NCBI GenBank assembly: GCA_963666285.1 | Contig: OY762711.1 | Source: Sedimentisphaerales bacterium | GTDB lineage: Bacteria > Planctomycetota > Phycisphaerae > Sedimentisphaerales > SM23-30 | DNA: 64,000 nucleotides | Direction: 5' to 3' (one strand) | Shown: in pieces, positions 57,027-64,000 of the stretch | Layout: each line of letters opens with the position of its first letter | Numbering within the stretch: the first letter of the stretch is position 1 | Notes under the pieces: generated by a model | Databases searched by the model: none | Told to the model about the DNA's origin: nothing | What the model saw: only the letters and a program-made list of their open reading frames with translations | Translations under genes and position numbers: made by a program

Positions 57027-60000
57027 CTAGAATTGATAGTTTCCTCTCAACGAAAAATCGCCAGATGTCTGGGAAATACCAAAATCGGCATTAAAAGTAC
57101 TTTTAAATTGATATCCTTTTGCAGATATCTTAAAAGTACACTTATCCAAATCAATAGCTATTGATTGGATAACGCCGGCAGGATTAGTCTTTTTATCTAA
57201 TCTATAAGCAAATTGCCGCATAGTGCTATTTTTTCTAACTAGACTAACAGTTTCGGTAAAATCATCCCAACTAATTTCTATATCACCAGAAAGATCCAAA
57301 CTATTGTCAGCAGCTGTAATAGTGCCTTGCAAAGACATTACATCACTATTTTTCCCACCAATTTGCACCTTTGTCAAATCAATAGAATCGCACACTCCCG
57401 ATTGCAATAACACGGGCAAGTCTTTATTACCATTAATTATGCTCTCATCTGCCTGGCTGACAAATACCGAACCTCCAATATTCAACTCAACCTCAATCGG
57501 AGATGTTAATCCGCTCATCGTCTGCAGACTCTTCCCCTGGAACTGATAACTATATTTACTGGCATCAATAACAAGCTTGGAAATGGCTCCATCGCTGCCT
57601 ATGTAATTCAAAATATTTCGATTGAGATCAGCTGGATTAATGGCTATTGTTTCTGTATAGTACGTTTTATTTGTATCCCTGATGCTCACAATTATAGATT
57701 CGCTATGAGCCAGACTATTCTGTAAAGCATCTTTTCGCTCAAATACCCCTTTTACTGTTATCGTATCTTTCGGAACAAGCCGATCTTTGCCAACCTGTAT
57801 TTTCACATCCTGTACAAACATCAAAGGCTCAGTAACATCAACCGTAAGTGTGCCCTGGTAGCTAAGTGTGCCAGCATTGTTATCAACCGTGTATATTATG
57901 GCGTCCTCACCGCTGAATCCAGAATCCGATACGTAAACAATGAGACCTGTTTCAGAATCCACTTCCACACTGCCATGTTCAGGCCCACTTAAAATTACAA
58001 TAGTACTGCCAGAAACAATATCACTAATCGTTTCCCTGGCACCGCCTAATACATCGACTTTAATAGCTTGCCCAGTATACACATTAACCTCTGGAGCATT
58101 GTCGATGACGTAAATATCGCCATTACCTCTTTTGCCTGCTGACCTGGTATCAATATCAAAATAAGCGACAAGTTTACTTCGTCTATATGAATTAGTGTCA
58201 GGATTGGGAACCGAGATAGAACCTGACGAGGTATAATCACTAAGTTTGTCCCCTGAAGATGGGACGCCTAAACTTCGACTGAAATTTGTAAGTTCCATAT
58301 CGTGACCTATAACAACTATTCTACCATCATCTTCAACTCGTAAAGTAGGCAAATATGACAAATCGTCCATTGAAGGAGGATTAAAAATTATCGTACTATT
58401 GTTACATGCACTAAATAGATCGTCACTGGTTAGGCTATAGCTTGTATTTAAACTGCCCCCTGTAACAACACAGGTTGAATTGTCATACGTTGAAAACGGG
58501 GCTGAACCATCATAACCAACCCCACAGAATCCCCCGGAAAAATACATCTCAGAATTACCAAACAGGTTAACACGACCTATTGAACCATTTGCAACATTGA
58601 TAGTTACATTATCGAATGTATTCAAATAGCGTACAAATCCACCTGACATGTCCACGCTGGTATTATCGTATGCGTTTATCGATATTCTTGAACCTTCTGA
58701 CATATCGGCCGTTGCATTATTATATAGATAAAGCGACTGATTGCTACTGGCTCCAGACATAACAGTAACATGAGTACCGCTCGACGGAATATCAAATTTA
58801 TCAACATAGACGGTTCCGGTTACACCCTCATCAATAATATGATATTGACCATCCGACCAGAAAAAATCACCTGATTGAGAATAGTCCGGATATCCAATTA
58901 CATCTGGAGACCCTATATATATATTGGCCGGCCCTTCTTCTTCTGATGAAATTTTGAAATATTTCTCGAATAGCGAACCATCTGACAAATATCCTGTAAC
59001 TTCTCCAATATAATTGCTTGACGCTTCATCCCAAACAGCGTGAGAACGCAGGTCATCTCCATCAAATACTGGAACATCATTCACCATGAAATTACTGCCA
59101 ACTAGGTAGATCGAAGCATTTTCAGAAACTCTGAGATCATAATTGGCATCATGTTCTCCTCCTGAAATGATCAACATCCCATAATCACCAGGATAAAAAC
59201 CACATGCAACCTTACCTCCGGATATATTACATATAGCAAAGTCTGTTATATCAATACTTATGGTATTTGTGCCTGGTTTGTGAACTCCCAGTATCCCGCC
59301 ACTCATATTAAAATACTGGTTACCAAAAATTCTAGAGCAATACATAGTATTACTGGAATTCGTCGCCCGCTTGTTATATACCGCTCCATCAACCCAGTTA
59401 ATCATACAATAGTTATCATGAAAATGAGCATCAGGAACTTGAGGCCATGCATTCTTATAATCAAGGGTATAAACGTCGCCAACAATGACGGTTACGCTGC
59501 CAACGTAAATAGTACCATTATTATCTTTTACGGAATATTTGAAACTATCAGTTCCGGAAAATAACTCATTCGGTATGTATGATATTACCCCCGTTTCAAC
59601 ATCCGAAACTAATGTCGCATTTTCAGATCCGCTTGAAATTGAAAGTGTAGAAACCTGCAGAACATTTACTTTATCATTGGCTAATACATCAATATCAACT
59701 CGATATCCAGAAAAAGTCCTGGCGAGATCATCCACAACCTGAGAGCCGGCTTGATCAGATAAATTGTTATTCAGCAATACAGTCCTGATGTTGTCACGTT
59801 CATTTGATTCGGCAATTGTATCAGCAGAATCCAATACAACATCCAAAGCGAAATAGTCCGCGGGTATTAATGCATAAGGAACTTCAAACGTTAATATTCG
59901 GCTCTGTTCAACAGCAGGTAATTGAACAGCTTGGCTAAATAATATATTATCATAGTCATTACTATCAACAAGTCTGACTTCAAAACTTTCTGTTGTTGCT

Positions 60001-63000
60001 GCAAAACCTGTATTTACCAGTCCCACTTTAACTTCAAAAGTGTTACTTTCTGTCCTGCAAACCTCCACTTCATTAACCGTCAGATTTGACCTGTATAAAT
60101 CTATCGATGAACTGTTATTCAGATAATCTTTATCCAGAATCTGATTGTCAGGATCAGCAACCACCCATACTCTTATCGGCTGACCGTCTTGAGGTATTGT
60201 CCAATTGGTAGAAACAATAACACTCTCCCCGGCAGCTAAGTTATCATCAATTACAACTTGAGAATCTATAAGGGTATATGTATTTGGCGAATCACCTAGA
60301 TAAAATGCTACAGATATACTTCCTGCGGAAATATCGCCATTATTCTTAATTTCCGCCTGCAACATAACAGTATCTCCCGGTGCAACCTCATCTTCCACAA
60401 CGGAAAGACTATCTGCTGCTACGGCAATATCCGGCAAAATAGTATATTCATAAGTACATAGATCAACCCGGCCAAACGCATCCAGACCAGCCATATCATC
60501 TATTATTTCTCTTTTGTTGTAAGCCAAGGTGATTACATCTGACTCTGAATAAACCGCCGTAACGGATTGCTCCATATCTCTACTATGAGTTATCTGGTTC
60601 TCATTTGACCATGAATCAGATAACGGATCATACGTTGCGGCGTAAATATCAGAACCATCCAGTGAAGCATCATGCCAAATAACAGAGATATTACCGGATG
60701 AACTTACTACAGGGACAAAAGCTCGCTGCCCGGAAGAGCCTGCCTGGTCGACGACATACTGAATACCTGTCATATCCAATATGTTTGTCGTACTGGCAAT
60801 TTGACCGTTCCTTGACCACAGTAGCATCAAATCTGACGATTGCCAAATGAGATAAGGATTAACATTCGATATCTCTTGCTCGTCTGTTAAAAATATCGGC
60901 ACAGACCAAGTACCACTCGTATTATCCAGATATACCAGATCGTTATCTCCATCAGTTTGAATATCACCATCTCTATCAAGACTGTAAACTATATAATTTG
61001 AGTCCTTATCTGTCTGGACAGTAATACTATTGATCAAACCATTTCCACTTGAAAGTATTTCTGTATCAAGCCATCCGTTTGATGTCTTTGTCCGCCCCAT
61101 AAGGTAATTTGTAACTGGTAGTGTCTGGCCAACCATATCACTATTATCATCGTGCGCCCAAACTATCGTAATATTACCATCGCCTTCACACATGACTTTG
61201 GGCATATAATCCATCGCCGAACTATCACATACCGTTTCAACTCGCCAGATATCCAAAGTATTGTCATATACAGCCATCTTAATATCAAGAGTGGCTGACA
61301 ATCCAATTATATCAGTATCATCAGGTATCAGGTGCGATGCATTAGCCCATACGCAACGGAAATCCCCCTCATGATCGACAATTAGACAAGGTGTTGCATC
61401 TGCGGTACCATCATTGTCAATTGCTGCCGGTTCTGACCAGCCGCTGCCGTTATTGATACTATATACTAACATGGTCCTGTCAAGACTGTTACGATATGGG
61501 TCATCATATAGCCATACAAGACATTTTGTATTACCAGAAATGGCTAGTTTAGGATTTGACTGGCTAAAAATATTTGTCTGTAATGTAGTTTCCTCATTAA
61601 CCTGATTACTCTTTGTAAACTTTTTATTGATACTGCTATTCGATCCGTACCATTGGGCATAATCCTGCGTAATATATTTACGAGACATAGGCTCAAGCAT
61701 ATCAATTGAAATACTTTTTCTTGCAGTTTTTTTCGTATTCTCTTCTGGCAAACGGAAATGAAATCCTTGTTGTTCCCATTTGTATACGAAAAAATACGCT
61801 CGCAGCCCGCCATCTAAAGCTAAATAGTGGTCTCCAATTTCAGGATAGCCCATATTGCTGAAAGAAGCGATAAGCCCAGTACTGCCTTTTAAATAGCCTT
61901 CTCCTGAAATAACTTCAGAAATCCCTACTCCAAATATTAACTCTAACGCTGCACTTGGAGATAATTCTCCGGTATATAAAAATCCTTCATTACCACCAAA
62001 CCCGGTTAATGACAGGTTGCCGCTCACTGTTGCGTTAGCACTCCCGTTGATAAATATTGGTATTGGTGGTGTTGTAGGAACAACATAATACTTTGGTGTA
62101 AATTTCTTGCCGGCAGACACTTCACAACCTATTGCTCCGCCAGGAGTCCATGACCCTTCATAACGTAATACAATATCTGTCCAGACCAGAGCATCAAAAC
62201 TGATACCGGCAATCTTTAATGCATCATCTTTTTTCATGCCGAGTTTGTCTGATTTGATACTGATATTACATATACCATCACCTGAAATATCCGCTGAAAC
62301 TTCTACGATAGTGTCAAATGATGTTGATGCAATCTCCTCTATACCGCTTTGGTTAGGATTAAGTACATTACCTTCTCCTGTTAACACTGCATCATATCTG
62401 GGAAATTGAAGGCTAAATGTACTGGATGCATACTTTAAGCCAAGATTTGTTGGTTTAACGCTTAAATAATTTGCCGGAACAATAACTGGTGATTCTATAA
62501 CTTCAAAATTTGCTTCAACTCTTGCTGACTTCGATCCATCTTCACCGATTGCTTCAACCGAAAGTTTTTCACCTGAACCAAATTCACCAACATCAAATAC
62601 CCGGCTTAATGTATTACTGGAAACATCATCCATTGCTATGGCATTGTCACCCAAATACCAGATAAGTTCGCTGGCTTCGGGACCGTCAGCACTTATCATG
62701 ACAGTAAATTCCTGGCCAAGCGAAACATCTTTTATAAAATAAACGCTCTTGTTTTTATTGCAATATTCACTGGAAATACCTGTTATTACGGGACCGTCAG
62801 CATTTTTAATCTCAAATAAATCTGTTATGTCAGAATACGTTTCTCCGGCAATTTCAGCTGATACTTTTGCAATATACTCATTTCCATAAGCGTAAGGGAT
62901 ATCTGTTTTGCTATACCAGATTAAATGCCTGTCCCCTGACTGAATATTACTTCCGATATCACCGCTATATTTCGAACATTTTACATCCCAGGTTTTACCG

Positions 63001-63746
63001 CCATCATCACTAACTGACAATTCCACTTTAGATGCTTCTTGGATTAATGTATAAGATATGTCAACAATACCTGAATTATCATCTCGTTGCAAAGCTGAAA
63101 CATTTGAAACTGGTGAAGGAAGTATTACAATATCTGCTGATTTTGAACCATAAATCTTATATTTATTGTTCAACGAACTGCCATCAGCTAACGTACCGGT
63201 AATTGTTCCGGCTAATACACTTGAACCCAACGATCTTAAACTGGTATTGGGCGATAGTGATACTCCATTTACGGAAAAATTACTGCCATAAATATATATC
63301 TTGCCATAATCGCTAGTAGCAATTATATCTTGAATTTCACCACCTAATAAATATAACGTTCCTGAATTATTTACATTTATCTTTTCCCATATATATCCAC
63401 CTTTCATTATACAACTGCTGTTGCCCCAAACATAAAGATCTTTCAGTCTGCCGCTTTCTATTACACCCTGACAATTATCATTCAAAATAATATTTTGAAC
63501 AACATTTCCACCTTCAAGATATACATTTGACCAGTAATATGCATGAATATAACTTACTTTCCCTCCCTCGGAGACTGTTAAACTTGTACCTGGCTGGTTT
63601 ACACTGTATTGGTCTAAATTATATGGCACACGATTTTGATCATCATTAACCGTATGACTCAATCCATCAGACAAATCTAAAGCTACTAATGAACTCGCAT
63701 GAAATATGATGACAACCAAGGTAAAGAAAAACACTGTCCGCTTCAT
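57027..63746 (-). CDS. Giant secreted modular adhesin-like protein (three related beta-helix-like modules, CARDB, two Ig/cadherin-like domains)
   Basis: Signal peptide; recurring 'GG.I......IY..GSNF.VN...TG.L.DGS' module; CARDB 'PDIAV..DPDNQI...NN' and 'ESNERDN'; 'IDVLAND..FSGTDSF.Y' and 'FSGED.I.Y'. Confidence 0.8.
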   Translation of the reverse strand: MKRTVFFFTLVVIIFHASSLVALDLSDGLSHTVNDDQNRVPYNLDQYSVNQPGTSLTVSEGGKVSYIHAYYWSNVYLEGGNVVQNIILNDNCQGVIESGRLKDLYVWGNSSCIMKGGYIWEKINVNNSGTLYLLGGEIQDIIATSDYGKIYIYGSNFSVNGVSLSPNTSLRSLGSSVLAGTITGTLADGSSLNNKYKIYGSKSADIVILPSPVSNVSALQRDDNSGIVDISYTLIQEASKVELSVSDDGGKTWDVKCSKYSGDIGSNIQSGDRHLIWYSKTDIPYAYGNEYIAKVSAEIAGETYSDITDLFEIKNADGPVITGISSEYCNKNKSVYFIKDVSLGQEFTVMISADGPEASELIWYLGDNAIAMDDVSSNTLSRVFDVGEFGSGEKLSVEAIGEDGSKSARVEANFEVIESPVIVPANYLSVKPTNLGLKYASSTFSLQFPRYDAVLTGEGNVLNPNQSGIEEIASTSFDTIVEVSADISGDGICNISIKSDKLGMKKDDALKIAGISFDALVWTDIVLRYEGSWTPGGAIGCEVSAGKKFTPKYYVVPTTPPIPIFINGSANATVSGNLSLTGFGGNEGFLYTGELSPSAALELIFGVGISEVISGEGYLKGSTGLIASFSNMGYPEIGDHYLALDGGLRAYFFVYKWEQQGFHFRLPEENTKKTARKSISIDMLEPMSRKYITQDYAQWYGSNSSINKKFTKSNQVNEETTLQTNIFSQSNPKLAISGNTKCLVWLYDDPYRNSLDRTMLVYSINNGSGWSEPAAIDNDGTADATPCLIVDHEGDFRCVWANASHLIPDDTDIIGLSATLDIKMAVYDNTLDIWRVETVCDSSAMDYMPKVMCEGDGNITIVWAHDDNSDMVGQTLPVTNYLMGRTKTSNGWLDTEILSSGNGLINSITVQTDKDSNYIVYSLDRDGDIQTDGDNDLVYLDNTSGTWSVPIFLTDEQEISNVNPYLIWQSSDLMLLWSRNGQIASTTNILDMTGIQYVVDQAGSSGQRAFVPVVSSSGNISVIWHDASLDGSDIYAATYDPLSDSWSNENQITHSRDMEQSVTAVYSESDVITLAYNKREIIDDMAGLDAFGRVDLCTYEYTILPDIAVAADSLSVVEDEVAPGDTVMLQAEIKNNGDISAGSISVAFYLGDSPNTYTLIDSQVVIDDNLAAGESVIVSTNWTIPQDGQPIRVWVVADPDNQILDKDYLNNSSSIDLYRSNLTVNEVEVCRTESNTFEVKVGLVNTGFAATTESFEVRLVDSNDYDNILFSQAVQLPAVEQSRILTFEVPYALIPADYFALDVVLDSADTIAESNERDNIRTVLLNNNLSDQAGSQVVDDLARTFSGYRVDIDVLANDKVNVLQVSTLSISSGSENATLVSDVETGVISYIPNELFSGTDSFKYSVKDNNGTIYVGSVTVIVGDVYTLDYKNAWPQVPDAHFHDNYCMINWVDGAVYNKRATNSSNTMYCSRIFGNQYFNMSGGILGVHKPGTNTISIDITDFAICNISGGKVACGFYPGDYGMLIISGGEHDANYDLRVSENASIYLVGSNFMVNDVPVFDGDDLRSHAVWDEASSNYIGEVTGYLSDGSLFEKYFKISSEEEGPANIYIGSPDVIGYPDYSQSGDFFWSDGQYHIIDEGVTGTVYVDKFDIPSSGTHVTVMSGASSNQSLYLYNNATADMSEGSRISINAYDNTSVDMSGGFVRYLNTFDNVTINVANGSIGRVNLFGNSEMYFSGGFCGVGYDGSAPFSTYDNSTCVVTGGSLNTSYSLTSDDLFSACNNSTIIFNPPSMDDLSYLPTLRVEDDGRIVVIGHDMELTNFSRSLGVPSSGDKLSDYTSSGSISVPNPDTNSYRRSKLVAYFDIDTRSAGKRGNGDIYVIDNAPEVNVYTGQAIKVDVLGGARETISDIVSGSTIVILSGPEHGSVEVDSETGLIVYVSDSGFSGEDAIIYTVDNNAGTLSYQGTLTVDVTEPLMFVQDVKIQVGKDRLVPKDTITVKGVFERKDALQNSLAHSESIIVSIRDTNKTYYTETIAINPADLNRNILNYIGSDGAISKLVIDASKYSYQFQGKSLQTMSGLTSPIEVELNIGGSVFVSQADESIINGNKDLPVLLQSGVCDSIDLTKVQIGGKNSDVMSLQGTITAADNSLDLSGDIEISWDDFTETVSLVRKNSTMRQFAYRLDKKTNPAGVIQSIAIDLDKCTFKISAKGYQFKSTFNADFGISQTSGDFSLRGNYQF

Positions 63747-63797
63747 AAATAATATACTCCGAAAATAGTCTTAAAAGACAAATCACCGCGCCATACG

Positions 63798-63819
63798 TGC
63801 ATATTGACAACAATATGCA
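63798..63819. promoter_or_regulatory. Palindromic candidate operator upstream of the 2239-aa gene
   Basis: tgcatattg-acaa-caatatgca perfect 9-bp inverted repeat, about 50 bp upstream of the ATG. Confidence 0.4.
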
Positions 63820-64000
63820 AAATTAAACGATACACTATATCATAATGGAACATGAAAAACAAATTAAATTAGAAAACGCTCACAGTGTGAGTGCTCCCCA
63901 AAAAACATGCGGTATGCCAGATACAAAACATCGTTTTACGCTCTTTCATGTGGTTTTATACACAATCATCTATTTTTAGAAATCTAGTTTTCAAACAAAC

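Noticed and set aside
1..64000. CRISPR array, cas genes, tRNA, rRNA, integrase or transposase
   Set aside because: No regularly spaced direct repeats with spacers, no cloverleaf or rRNA signatures, and no such ORFs were recognised.

Overview
The window looks like chromosomal DNA of an anaerobic planctomycete, probably class Phycisphaerae (Sedimentisphaerales-like). This is inferred from the PVC small basic protein, a LEPRxLL-type N-terminus, PEP-CTERM proteins, many dockerin-like C-termini, an ECF sigma/FecR-NPCBM pair and hydG. Housekeeping genes include rplM-rpsI, guaA, a metX-metW fusion, an aminotransferase, an M16 peptidase, mltA, a PIN/TRAM protein, a Na/Pi cotransporter, bacterioferritin and hydG. 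They are interspersed with many modular secreted proteins, including two giant ones at the window ends and a sigma/anti-sigma-headed cluster of four domain-shuffled jelly-roll/dockerin-like proteins plus a Tat sulfatase. The non-coding DNA is rich. It holds a probable 6S RNA (10514-10678), two 168-bp foldback MITEs, a duplicated ~100-bp element with a covarying GNRA hairpin, and at least seven identically oriented 'hairpin-ACACC(T)-pyrimidine tract' elements. There are also other REP-like repeats, some tied to a four-helix-bundle gene that carries an in-frame hairpin. No tRNA, rRNA, CRISPR array, transposase, integrase or reverse transcriptase was seen. All family assignments come from motif recognition by eye, not database searches.
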